IMG/VR virus record: IMGVR_UViG_3300021368_000006
Span: 1-64,000 of that record
From: an uncultured virus (IMG/VR IMGVR_UViG_3300021368_000006)
Lineage: Duplodnaviria; Heunggongvirae; Uroviricota; Caudoviricetes
Direction: 5' to 3' (one strand)
DNA: 64,000 bases
Below, one piece after another: positions 42,802-52,910 of the stretch. Made by a program: the position numbers and the translations under genes. Position 1 is the first letter of the stretch, and each line of letters begins with the position of its first letter. The notes beneath the pieces are model-generated. The model was not told where the DNA came from. It did no database searches and worked only from the letters and a program-made list of their open reading frames with translations.

Positions 42802-44496
42802 ATGGCAGCGATTATTACAAACAAATTAAGAATTTTCAATGCAATGGAATTCTTACAATCAATTAACAGATCCGCACCTAATTGGAAACCTAACTATACC
42901 TATGCAGAAGGCGATGTTGTGGTTAACAACCAGAACTCATTTATTGCACTAGGAAATATTAGTGGCGCTTCCACAAGTGGTGTTTCTGCTGGTGATGGGG
43001 ATGGCCCAACACCAGATACTCTCCAAGATGGCACTGTACAGTGGGCCCATCAAGGACAATCGGTTTACAATATGCTTTATATGGCAATCGGTAAACAAAC
43101 TCCTTGGTTAAATGATTCAAACCCACCAACACCAGAAGATTCTATTGGTTATTCGTATAGATTTAAATACGATACAATTGCACTTAAGAAAGTCAACTAC
43201 AGTGACATGACTCTTGCAATTCCAAGAATTAACTGGACTTCTGGAAGAGTGTACACTATGTACGAACACGACAACCCAGAAGAAATTATCCCAAATGGAT
43301 ATGTGATCGTTGCATCTGGAAATCAATTTAACGTTTATAAGTGTATTAATAACCAGAAATATGATGCTGCTGCCCAAACAGTGACTACAGTTGCTTCAAC
43401 AATTCAACCATCAACTACTGGAACTGAAATTGAAGAGACTGCAGATGGTTATAAGTGGAAGTTTATGTATGCAATCGACCTTCAAGATTCTCTTAAGTTC
43501 TTGACAAAAGATTACATTCCAGTTAAAAATCTTCTAGAAGATCCAGTTGCGCCTGGTACCGCTGCTCAGGTACAGTGGGATATTAAACAAGCTGCATCAC
43601 AACCAAATCCTGGCCAGATTGAACATGTAAAAATTATGCCAAACGAAGAGGGTGGTGTAATTGGTGGAGGATTGGGTTATCACCCAAACATCCAACAAAC
43701 TGCTTCTGTTACACTAACTGGTAATGTTGTCACAATTTCTGGTGTCGATGGTGCGACAGATTATACTGGTTATGATTTAGTTGACCTTGGCAACCAAGAA
43801 CAGTTTAGAATTACAAACTGGAGTCTTAATGGTAACACTGCAACTGCAACCGTAAATGGTTCATTTACTGGTGGTGCGGGCAGAGATATTCTTATTGCGC
43901 CTGGTATTAGTATTTCTGGTAATGGTTCTTCTTTCAGTGCGTATGGGCTTGTTGTAGATCAACGAATTGAAAAAATTGTCATCACAAATACTGGTGCAAA
44001 TTGGTCTGCTGTAGACAACGCAACTGTAGATGTTGATAATGTTCCAGCATACAATTTCGATGGGACGTTGAATGTTAATGCATGTAAAGTAAAACCAATT
44101 GTTTCTCCAGAAAATGGACATGGATTTAATCCTGTAGAAGAGTTGGGTGGTTATTATGTAATGACTGCAATTAAACTTGAATATGACGAACAGTCTACAA
44201 GAGAAAATTCTTTAGGGAATTTAGAAACTAAAATTATGTTCCCTGTCGAAAACTCAGAGGCGCAGTTTAGACAGATTGCTATTGTTGCTGACCCTGATGC
44301 ACAGACTCAGAGTGGTTCGACTCCTGCAAATGAAGAGTCATATAGAGGCCCACAACACCCAGATTTTGGTTCTGCTGATGAAGAAACATTTGATATTGTA
44401 ACTGGTACAGGTAAAGTTCTTTACATCGAAAACCGCCAGCCCGTTTCAAGGGCCATTGATCAAATTGAAGATATTAAAGTAGTATTTGAATTCTAA
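42802..44496 (+). CDS. gp8: Baseplate wedge subunit
   Basis: MAAIIT..LRI.NA..F, VYKCI.N, DGYKWKFMY, GHG.NPVEELGG, LYIENR.PV.RA.DQ.EDIK.V.EF. Confidence 0.92.
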   Translation: MAAIITNKLRIFNAMEFLQSINRSAPNWKPNYTYAEGDVVVNNQNSFIALGNISGASTSGVSAGDGDGPTPDTLQDGTVQWAHQGQSVYNMLYMAIGKQTPWLNDSNPPTPEDSIGYSYRFKYDTIALKKVNYSDMTLAIPRINWTSGRVYTMYEHDNPEEIIPNGYVIVASGNQFNVYKCINNQKYDAAAQTVTTVASTIQPSTTGTEIEETADGYKWKFMYAIDLQDSLKFLTKDYIPVKNLLEDPVAPGTAAQVQWDIKQAASQPNPGQIEHVKIMPNEEGGVIGGGLGYHPNIQQTASVTLTGNVVTISGVDGATDYTGYDLVDLGNQEQFRITNWSLNGNTATATVNGSFTGGAGRDILIAPGISISGNGSSFSAYGLVVDQRIEKIVITNTGANWSAVDNATVDVDNVPAYNFDGTLNVNACKVKPIVSPENGHGFNPVEELGGYYVMTAIKLEYDEQSTRENSLGNLETKIMFPVENSEAQFRQIAIVADPDAQTQSGSTPANEESYRGPQHPDFGSADEETFDIVTGTGKVLYIENRQPVSRAIDQIEDIKVVFEF

Positions 44497-44530
44497 TTAA
44501 AATAAAAAACCAGTTGAGAGAAAAAGACAC

Positions 44531-47500
44531 ATGGCAATAAATTTAAACGTCACTCCCTATCATGATGATTATGATATCGACAAAGGGTATTTGAGGGTAT
44601 TATATAAGCCTGGAAATTCTGTGCAGGCGAGAGAATTAACACAACAACAAACAATTTTACAACAACAAATTGCAAATATGGGAGACCACTTCTTTAAAGA
44701 AGGTTCCATGGTTATCCCTGGCAGTTCTGCTGTTGATGTTGCTGTTCCTTATATTAAAGTGACTCTTGCAGAAGGCCTTACTACCGCTGCAGAATTTGTT
44801 GGTAAAGTAATTCAAGGGGATAAGACAGGGATTCGTGCTATTGTCATTTCTTATGCTGATGCAGTTGATCTGAATCAAGATGCACAGATTGACAGTGATG
44901 ATGAACCAACAACCTTATTTGTAAAATATCTTGATGGTGTTGCTGGTGGACAAAGAGTGGTAGACGGCGTTACACTTGAAATTGACGATGAAAATGGAAT
45001 TGATTTTGTTGTTAACGGTAACACTATAAATTTAAAAGAGGGTGATACTTCTTCCTTTGTGGAAGGAGAGGTTCTTACTGCAACAAATGATGATGGTTTA
45101 AATTTAATCGCAACTGTTGCTCTTAGTGCTGATCACGCAAATCCTTTGGGTAAGGGTTCTATTGCATTTGTCGAAGAGGGAATTTATTATACTCAGGGGT
45201 TTATGGTCAAGAACCAATCGCAAAGTGTAATTCTAGACAAGTATGATGACACTCCTAGTTATAAAATTGGTTTTGAAATACAAGAAACCGTTGTAAGTGC
45301 AAATGAAGATCCATCTCTTTTTGATAACGCACAGGGAACAACAAACTATAACGCTCCTGGCGCCGATAGATATAGAATCAATCTCGTATGGTCTAAAAGA
45401 ACATTAGATACTCCAACAACAGATAACTTTATAGAAATTATTACCGTTCAAGACGGTATTATTAAAACACATGTTAGAAATACAGAATATTCAGTAATTA
45501 CAGATGTGCTTGCAAGACGAACATACGATGAGTCTGGTGATTACACAGTTCGTCCATTTAATTTAGACATTAGAGAATATTTCAAAGAAAATGGAAATGG
45601 TGGTGTATACACCATGAAAAACTTTGAATTTGATACCGAAGTCGCTGCGAAAGATTTCGCACTAAAGAATTTTGCAGATGAAGATGGAATGGTAGATCAG
45701 AACGGAAACGGCCTTGCACATACAGTAAGTGCATTGGAACTTATACAGTTTTCCGATCAAAATTTGGATTCGACTGGATTAAAATATTACCCAGGCTCTA
45801 GTCATCAGTTCTTGGTTGACGCAGTAAGAAATTATCTTGCACTAGGAGTCGAGAGTGGAAAGGCGTATGTAAGAGGTTATGAAATCACTAAGACGGCTAC
45901 CACATATATTCCTTATAAAAGATCAAGAGAAAATTATCAAGTAAACAACCATTACATTCCTGTCGATCTGGGCCCATACATCTACATTTCAGATGCAAAG
46001 GGACTTCCACTGATAGACGAAGAAGTTAAACTTGTCAATATGAACATTTCTCCAGTGATTAATGAAGACTATACAGTTGTAACATCAAATTTAGACGATG
46101 CTGATACTGCATATTTCCAACCAGTAACATATGATGAAGACTTGACATTTTTTGCTGGTGGTGGAACCAACTTGGGCGCAAACGCATACGGTATTGATGT
46201 AATCGCAACGGCAAAAGTTAAGGCAGTAGAATATTTCTCAGATTCTGATGATGATGCGATAGATGATAATTATGGAACTTCTACTTTTAGACCTTCAAAT
46301 ACTTCCGTTGAAACTGGTATATGGAAAATCTTTCTATATGATATCGAATATGAAGTTAACCCAAGAACAAATGTTCCCTATACCATGTTGGATGCAAGGT
46401 CTATTGTTTCGACTGAGAAAGTAGTTCCAACAACATTAGGTAGTTCAATTTATAGATTTGGCGCAAATGTATTAACGGTGATGTCGTTGTCAGATGTACA
46501 AGGACAATTTACGTTAAAATCTCTAATTTATGACAGATACGATAGAGATGTGAGAGCTATTAACTATTATTATAACTCTGCAGACCAATTCTTATTGGTA
46601 AAAAATCTCAATACTGGAAACGGATTGTCTACAGAGTCGGGAGTATTGCCTAGTGCAACCTTTGTTACAAACGAACTAATCAACGAGGCGATTGCTAGTG
46701 GTTCCGCTGGGACGGACACTACATCTTTTGATGGTAATGCATCTGCTGATATGACAGGAACTCAGGCAAGGATTACTGGTAAATTTGTACTTTTATCAGA
46801 TGGTGGTGCAAGTATTGTTGATACTGGTAAAAGATTTTTACAAACTGTTAGATTTGTTGATGATGAAAGTGGAAGAGAAACAGTAGATACTCAATACGAT
46901 GTTTTAAAAGTTTATGAAGACCAAGTAGTTACCGCCAACGGACAGATTGTTTTAACTGCAACAGATGATAACTCATTCTTCATTTCGACTCAAAGTTTAT
47001 ATTTGGCATTCGATAGAGCAGATTTAAATTCTTCTGTGGGTGAAATTGGTAGAATTACAAGTATTTCATTTTCTTCTGATAGAAGAACTGCCACTCTTAA
47101 TGTCACAAATTTGCCCGCAGGAACAACTGGTGTCACTGTATACGCACCAATCAAAAAGACTTCTTCCAGAGAAAAAATTAAAACTTTGAGAGAAAATCAG
47201 TTACATTTGCCTTACACCTTAGTGGATGCAATTGGACAAACAATTGGACAAACTGACTATGATAATGTAAACGATGCAAATAACGATACATCTCTAAGTT
47301 ATGATGTAGATTTATTAGGATCAAATTCTAGTGTTGCAACAGGAGTTGTGAATTCTTCAATTCCCACTGGCGCAAATAATGATCTTATTCTTAGTGTGTC
47401 TAATTTTCAATTACCACATTCAGATGTATATGAAATCAAAAAAATATATGACACTTGTAATGTAAACAATACTTCTTATAGAATTTCAATTGAATCAAAT

Positions 47501-50500
47501 GACAGAAAATTCCTACATGAAATGACAGAGGCAGATTTTGAATTTGCACTGAAAGCCTATACTTTTTATGAGGCGACTGGTGCCTCTCCATTTTCTGTTG
47601 ATTTAGACCATACCGTATATCCAACACTTGCGAGTATCCAATCGCAACTTACTGTTGACGGAACCGTAAACCCATTCAAGGAAGAAATCGAAGAATTGTG
47701 GTTGAGTAATGTTGGTATCGAAACTCCTGCAGAAGTTCCTGTTAAAATTAATGATATTACTGACAGATATACTTTATTTTCTGGACAAAGACATTCTATT
47801 ATTCAATTGGGCGAATTAGAACTAAAGGCTGGTACATTACCATGTGGCGGCCGCCCTATTATTATTTACTCATATTTTGAACATGGTGCAGGGGATTATG
47901 CATCCGTAGATTCATATGTTAATATACCATATCATAAAATCCCAAGTTTTGAGGGTGTTAGATTGCACAGCGCATTAGACTTTAGACCCGCTGCGGTTTA
48001 CCAACAGCTGTCTGGATATCCGTATGGTAAAGGTGTTGTTTCTGGAATTTCTGATTATCCAATCGATGCAAGTGCAATTAGTGCAGATATGCGTATTTAC
48101 TTTGGTAGAGCAGACAAACTTTATATGGATAAGTTTGGAAATATTAATGTAAAATATGGTGCTCCTTCCGAAACGCCAGTTTTTCCAACAGACCCAGAAG
48201 ACGGCATGGTATTATATACACTTGAAACGCTACCATATACTGGCGTTCCTAAAGATGTACGTGCCAAAATGATCGACAACAGAAGATATACCATGAGAGA
48301 TATTGGTAAACTTGATAAGAGGATTAGTAATTTAGAATATTATACTTCTTTAAATCTTTTAGAAAAAGAAACTAAAGATTTGTTGGTTACAGATGAAAAC
48401 GGACTTGATAGATTTAAGAATGGATTTGTAGTTGAAAACTTTACTGGTTTTGGAACTGCAAACGTTTACGATTCTGATTTCAATGCCTCTATGGATACTG
48501 GAAAAGGAGAACTGCGTCCATTTTTTACTACTAAGAACATTCCAATGCATTTGGATGTCATAAACTCTGAGGGTTTTGAAGTGTCGGGTAGATGGGCAAC
48601 ACTTCCATATACGAGTGAATTATTAATCGAACAGAGAAAATCTTCAAAAACTGTTAATGTAAACCCCTTTGCAATTTTTAGTTTTAAGGGTTCAATGGTG
48701 CTTGTACCTTCAACGGACAACTGGCACGATGATCCAAAGTATTTGGATACAATTACAATTAATGAACGAGGAAACACAGATAATTTTGAAGAACTTGCCC
48801 AAAGGTCGGGAATTCTTGGAACCGTATGGGGGTCTTGGGAAACCACATGGACTGGGGTATCTAACGAGACAACAAGCGGCCCAGTCAATACTACCGAATC
48901 TAGTGGTAATTTTGACCGTACCGTAACAACTACAACCAGAACTTGGAATGATACAGGAACCAGATCCAGAGCTGGTGTTACAACTTCCCTTAGTGAAAGT
49001 TGGACTCCAGTTACAACAGACAAACTAGTTAGTTCTGAACAAGTTCCATTCATTCGTACCAGAGATGTATACTTTAAAGCTACTGGAATGAAACCAAATA
49101 CAAAATTATTTGCATTCTTCGATAACACACCAGTTAGTGATTATGTTACTCCAATAAAAACATTAGATATTACAAATGTTCCACCGGCAACCGCACAATA
49201 TATTAAAAACAACAGAAATATATTTGCAGATCAATACGGTGAGTTGAAATTGCGAGGACAATCCACCGCACATGAAGTTTTTGTTGCGGATATTGATTAT
49301 TTGGATGCAACCTCTCTAAAAGTTTATGTATTAGAAAATGTGCCTGGCAAAAAGAATACTTCTTTTAGTTTAGGTGAGGTTTTATTCTTAGTTGAACGAG
49401 ATGGGAAATCTCATAACATGGGAAGCTTCCCAAATGAAGGTATTGTTGGTGGTTCGACTTTAAGATCAGATTCAGCTGGTACGGTTTACGGTAACTTTTC
49501 AATTCCAAACGATAACCAAACTCCAAATGATGATGATTTAAAATTCAGAACTGGAGAAAGAACATTTAAGTTGTGCGATCAGCAAAATGGTAATCTAGAT
49601 GATTCTGATACAGATACGAGTGCAACATATACTGCAAGAGGTATTATTGAAACTAGACAAAAAACAACCGTAAATACAAGAACAGTTGAAATTGTTGATA
49701 CTACAACCACTCAATCAGAAGATGTTGTTTCAGAATTACGTTCCGACCCAACTACTACTTTTGGAAATTGGAGACAAGTTCGTGGTTGGGGTGACCCACT
49801 CGCACAATCATTCCTAGTTGATGTAGAGGGAGGTGCCTTTATCACAAGTGCAGAAATTTTCTTCTCTACAAAAGATGAGGTTGTTCCAGTAACTTTACAA
49901 ATAAGAAATATGGTGAATGGTTATCCTGGCCAATATGTACTTGGTGAAAAGATGTTGGATCCAAGACAGGACTTAATTCAAATTTCAGATGATGGTTCTT
50001 TAGAAACAATATTTACCTTTGACGAACCAGTATATTTGGAAGAAGCAAAAGAGTATTGTCTCGTATTGATTGCAAATACGCAAGGATACAGAGTTCATGT
50101 TGCAACACTAGGACAAGAGGCACTTGATGGATCTGGAATTATTTCGGAACAACCTTACGCTGGTGTTTTCTTCAAATCGCAAAATGCTTCTACATGGACT
50201 GCAGAACAAATGGAAGATTTGAAATTCACAATTTCTAGGGCGAAATTTGATATTAATAGAGATAGTAGTCTATACTTTACAAATTCCGAAATTGATGTTG
50301 GAATGTCAGACATTAATGTTATGGAGAGAATATTCGATGATAATTCGATGTTTGTCCATAAAGATAGTTCTCTCATTACATTTAAAGTAAATGATAGTTC
50401 TGGGTGTGTTCCTACAAGTTTCTGGCAACCAAACGGATATAATTATGTCACTCTTAAAAATTTCCATGGAACTTACGACCAATACAGTGCAGCAGATTTA

Positions 50501-51469
50501 AATGGTTCGCATTTGGTTGTTGCAACAACATATAATTCGTTTACCATTGATATGAGAGGATTTTTCTATCCAGAAGGGGTACAAACACCAAGAATCGCTC
50601 ATGGTGGAACTATTCCATCAGTTGATTCTGTGTTTACTCCTGCATCAAATACATTTACGCAGTTTAGACAAAAGAAACCCGCCAGTTGGTGTACTAATGT
50701 TAAATATGATTTAATGAAACCCAATATTACATCTGTTGAACTTGCTGGTACTGGTATTTCGATGAAATTTAAGGCCCTAACAGGTACATCGCAAGATTCG
50801 ACTGAGGCGCCAGGAGTCAAAGATTTAAGTTTTAGAGGAATTACTCCAAACCAAAACTACACATTTAATAGACCAATGATGGTTGCAGATAATTACAATG
50901 AGACTCTTTTCGACACATCTTCGAATTCTCTTGATAAAAAGTCATTGATTTGGAAAGTAGATTTAGTTTCTAATAAAGATAATTTAAGTCCTATTATCGA
51001 CTTAGAAAGAATTGCAGCTGTCTTGGTATCCAATGTAACAAATAGTGCAGAAAGTGTTCCTGCTGGAGTACGAGGACATGTCAATACTGGATTTATTGAT
51101 GAAACGAATCCACACGGTGGTTCAGCAGCAACCAAGTATATAACTAGAGAAATTAAATTAGATCAATCATCGACATCTCTAAAGGTTTTAGGTTCAGTTT
51201 ATCGTCCAGATATGACAGATGTAGATTTTTATTATAAGATTAAAACATCACCAGACCAAAATTTTGAAAAACTTGATTATGTATTACTTGACCGTCCTAC
51301 CGTTTACGGTAAGGCATCTAAAGATGTTTCTGACTATAAAGAATTTGATTATGAAGTAAGAAATTTACCAGAATTTAATTCTGTATCAATCAAAATTGTT
51401 CTTAAGAGTAAAAACTCCAGTGTTGTACCAAAAGTCAGAGATTTTAGAGTTATTGCGTTGGCAACTTAA
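44531..51469 (+). CDS. Large virion structural protein (DUF4815/VrlC-like)
   Basis: NLNV.PY.DD, VQARELTQ.Q.ILQ.Q, APGADR, NRRYTMRDIG.L..RI.NLEYYTSL.LLE, DPLAQSF, P.VRD.R.IAL. Confidence 0.88.
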   Translation: MAINLNVTPYHDDYDIDKGYLRVLYKPGNSVQARELTQQQTILQQQIANMGDHFFKEGSMVIPGSSAVDVAVPYIKVTLAEGLTTAAEFVGKVIQGDKTGIRAIVISYADAVDLNQDAQIDSDDEPTTLFVKYLDGVAGGQRVVDGVTLEIDDENGIDFVVNGNTINLKEGDTSSFVEGEVLTATNDDGLNLIATVALSADHANPLGKGSIAFVEEGIYYTQGFMVKNQSQSVILDKYDDTPSYKIGFEIQETVVSANEDPSLFDNAQGTTNYNAPGADRYRINLVWSKRTLDTPTTDNFIEIITVQDGIIKTHVRNTEYSVITDVLARRTYDESGDYTVRPFNLDIREYFKENGNGGVYTMKNFEFDTEVAAKDFALKNFADEDGMVDQNGNGLAHTVSALELIQFSDQNLDSTGLKYYPGSSHQFLVDAVRNYLALGVESGKAYVRGYEITKTATTYIPYKRSRENYQVNNHYIPVDLGPYIYISDAKGLPLIDEEVKLVNMNISPVINEDYTVVTSNLDDADTAYFQPVTYDEDLTFFAGGGTNLGANAYGIDVIATAKVKAVEYFSDSDDDAIDDNYGTSTFRPSNTSVETGIWKIFLYDIEYEVNPRTNVPYTMLDARSIVSTEKVVPTTLGSSIYRFGANVLTVMSLSDVQGQFTLKSLIYDRYDRDVRAINYYYNSADQFLLVKNLNTGNGLSTESGVLPSATFVTNELINEAIASGSAGTDTTSFDGNASADMTGTQARITGKFVLLSDGGASIVDTGKRFLQTVRFVDDESGRETVDTQYDVLKVYEDQVVTANGQIVLTATDDNSFFISTQSLYLAFDRADLNSSVGEIGRITSISFSSDRRTATLNVTNLPAGTTGVTVYAPIKKTSSREKIKTLRENQLHLPYTLVDAIGQTIGQTDYDNVNDANNDTSLSYDVDLLGSNSSVATGVVNSSIPTGANNDLILSVSNFQLPHSDVYEIKKIYDTCNVNNTSYRISIESNDRKFLHEMTEADFEFALKAYTFYEATGASPFSVDLDHTVYPTLASIQSQLTVDGTVNPFKEEIEELWLSNVGIETPAEVPVKINDITDRYTLFSGQRHSIIQLGELELKAGTLPCGGRPIIIYSYFEHGAGDYASVDSYVNIPYHKIPSFEGVRLHSALDFRPAAVYQQLSGYPYGKGVVSGISDYPIDASAISADMRIYFGRADKLYMDKFGNINVKYGAPSETPVFPTDPEDGMVLYTLETLPYTGVPKDVRAKMIDNRRYTMRDIGKLDKRISNLEYYTSLNLLEKETKDLLVTDENGLDRFKNGFVVENFTGFGTANVYDSDFNASMDTGKGELRPFFTTKNIPMHLDVINSEGFEVSGRWATLPYTSELLIEQRKSSKTVNVNPFAIFSFKGSMVLVPSTDNWHDDPKYLDTITINERGNTDNFEELAQRSGILGTVWGSWETTWTGVSNETTSGPVNTTESSGNFDRTVTTTTRTWNDTGTRSRAGVTTSLSESWTPVTTDKLVSSEQVPFIRTRDVYFKATGMKPNTKLFAFFDNTPVSDYVTPIKTLDITNVPPATAQYIKNNRNIFADQYGELKLRGQSTAHEVFVADIDYLDATSLKVYVLENVPGKKNTSFSLGEVLFLVERDGKSHNMGSFPNEGIVGGSTLRSDSAGTVYGNFSIPNDNQTPNDDDLKFRTGERTFKLCDQQNGNLDDSDTDTSATYTARGIIETRQKTTVNTRTVEIVDTTTTQSEDVVSELRSDPTTTFGNWRQVRGWGDPLAQSFLVDVEGGAFITSAEIFFSTKDEVVPVTLQIRNMVNGYPGQYVLGEKMLDPRQDLIQISDDGSLETIFTFDEPVYLEEAKEYCLVLIANTQGYRVHVATLGQEALDGSGIISEQPYAGVFFKSQNASTWTAEQMEDLKFTISRAKFDINRDSSLYFTNSEIDVGMSDINVMERIFDDNSMFVHKDSSLITFKVNDSSGCVPTSFWQPNGYNYVTLKNFHGTYDQYSAADLNGSHLVVATTYNSFTIDMRGFFYPEGVQTPRIAHGGTIPSVDSVFTPASNTFTQFRQKKPASWCTNVKYDLMKPNITSVELAGTGISMKFKALTGTSQDSTEAPGVKDLSFRGITPNQNYTFNRPMMVADNYNETLFDTSSNSLDKKSLIWKVDLVSNKDNLSPIIDLERIAAVLVSNVTNSAESVPAGVRGHVNTGFIDETNPHGGSAATKYITREIKLDQSSTSLKVLGSVYRPDMTDVDFYYKIKTSPDQNFEKLDYVLLDRPTVYGKASKDVSDYKEFDYEVRNLPEFNSVSIKIVLKSKNSSVVPKVRDFRVIALAT

Positions 51470-51481
51470 TTGGAGAATATA

Positions 51482-51682
51482 ATGAGACTAAAAGTTAAAG
51501 GTAATAAAGACCTTGTCAGAGATACGAACACGCAAGCGATAATAAATACTGATAACAATGGTTATAATAATTTTATTAGAAGGTCTAATGCACTTAGAAG
51601 GCGTGACGAAGAAATAAGAGATTTACAACAAGAAATGAATGAAATTAAAAACACACTAAACTTAATATTGGAGAAACTTTAA
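51482..51682 (+). CDS. Small coiled-coil protein of T4-like phages
   Basis: KVKG..DLVRD..T.AIINT; GGAG RBS before ATG 51482. Confidence 0.7.
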   Translation: MRLKVKGNKDLVRDTNTQAIINTDNNGYNNFIRRSNALRRRDEEIRDLQQEMNEIKNTLNLILEKL

Positions 51683-52882
51683 ATGGCCGTAGAATATCCA
51701 TCTATTGTAGATGTGTTGACAACAGATACTTTCGAAGAGTGGAGAGTCAAAACCAATAACTTGAAAGCATATGCGGAAGCAGCTGCTGCAAATATTGGTA
51801 ATCTTGCATTCTTAGAAACTGATGCACAGTCTACAATCGTTGATGCAATCAACGAAGTAAACACTCATACAGATATCAATACTAGAAATATTGGTAACAT
51901 GTCTACTCTTGACCCAGAAAATCGTGGGTGGAGAAGAGATAATCTTGTAGACACAATTAATGCAGAAAATCAATGGTCTGTAGAATATACAGATGATGAA
52001 GTAGAAAAAGAAAGAAATGCACGAATTGCAGCAGACAATGCCCTACAGGCAGAATTAGATGTAACCCAAAATGCTGCTGGATTAAACGCTGACGGAACAT
52101 ATTCATTACTTTCTACGGCAACATATGTTCCCGCTGCGACTAGTCTTAGACAGGGAATTAGTCTTTTAGATACCACTTTGAAAACTAAATCTGATTTATT
52201 AGACAGATTAAATCTTACAGTTGGTGGTGGAGCTCTTACAGGACAGTTTAACTATGAAGGTTTAGGTGTTAATTATCTTACTACAGATAGTGATAATAAT
52301 GCAGTAGTAAAAACAAATCTTGTTGAATTGGATAGTGCAGTAAAAATCAATGAAGACGATATTACCGCATTAGAATCTAGAGCAACTAGATTAGAAAATG
52401 TACAAAACTTTTTGAAAAACTCAGTAGGCACAAATAATGATGGTGTATATGTGTCAGTGCCGGCAAATGAGTTTGCTATTCATAATACCGTAAAAGAGAA
52501 TATAAACACTCTTGATTCTACATTAAAACTTTTAAGTGATGAAGTTTATGGCAGTCTTAAAGATAGAGTTGACAATATAGAAACGGATTTAGATACTAAA
52601 GAAGATAAGTTAATTGTAAGAGGGCCCGGCGCAACTGATGTAGACCCACTTGGCAATTTGAACAGTGGTGTTGGTGATACTACTTCGATTGTTGCCGCTA
52701 TTAATGCACTGTATCAACAAGTTCTTCCACTAATCCAAGATCATAATGCTGGGGGATATGTCAAGAAAACTGGCGACACCATGTCTGGAACATTGACAAT
52801 CGAAGGTGCAGACCTCAAAGTTACTGGAAATCAGTCACTGAAAATTGAATGTAGTGGTGATATTATTGCATTCCAAGTTTAA
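51683..52882 (+). CDS. Fibritin/fibre-like coiled-coil structural protein
   Basis: TDTFEEWRVKTN start, IG.L..L.T...IV.AINE repeats, YVKKTGDTMSG. Confidence 0.7.
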   Translation: MAVEYPSIVDVLTTDTFEEWRVKTNNLKAYAEAAAANIGNLAFLETDAQSTIVDAINEVNTHTDINTRNIGNMSTLDPENRGWRRDNLVDTINAENQWSVEYTDDEVEKERNARIAADNALQAELDVTQNAAGLNADGTYSLLSTATYVPAATSLRQGISLLDTTLKTKSDLLDRLNLTVGGGALTGQFNYEGLGVNYLTTDSDNNAVVKTNLVELDSAVKINEDDITALESRATRLENVQNFLKNSVGTNNDGVYVSVPANEFAIHNTVKENINTLDSTLKLLSDEVYGSLKDRVDNIETDLDTKEDKLIVRGPGATDVDPLGNLNSGVGDTTSIVAAINALYQQVLPLIQDHNAGGYVKKTGDTMSGTLTIEGADLKVTGNQSLKIECSGDIIAFQV

Positions 52883-52910
52883 TTAATTAGTAAGAGAAGA
52901 GAATTCTAAC

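Noticed and set aside
48466..49128. 220-aa minus-strand ORF
   Set aside because: Antisense to a Thr-rich part of the DUF4815-type gene; codon-bias artefact
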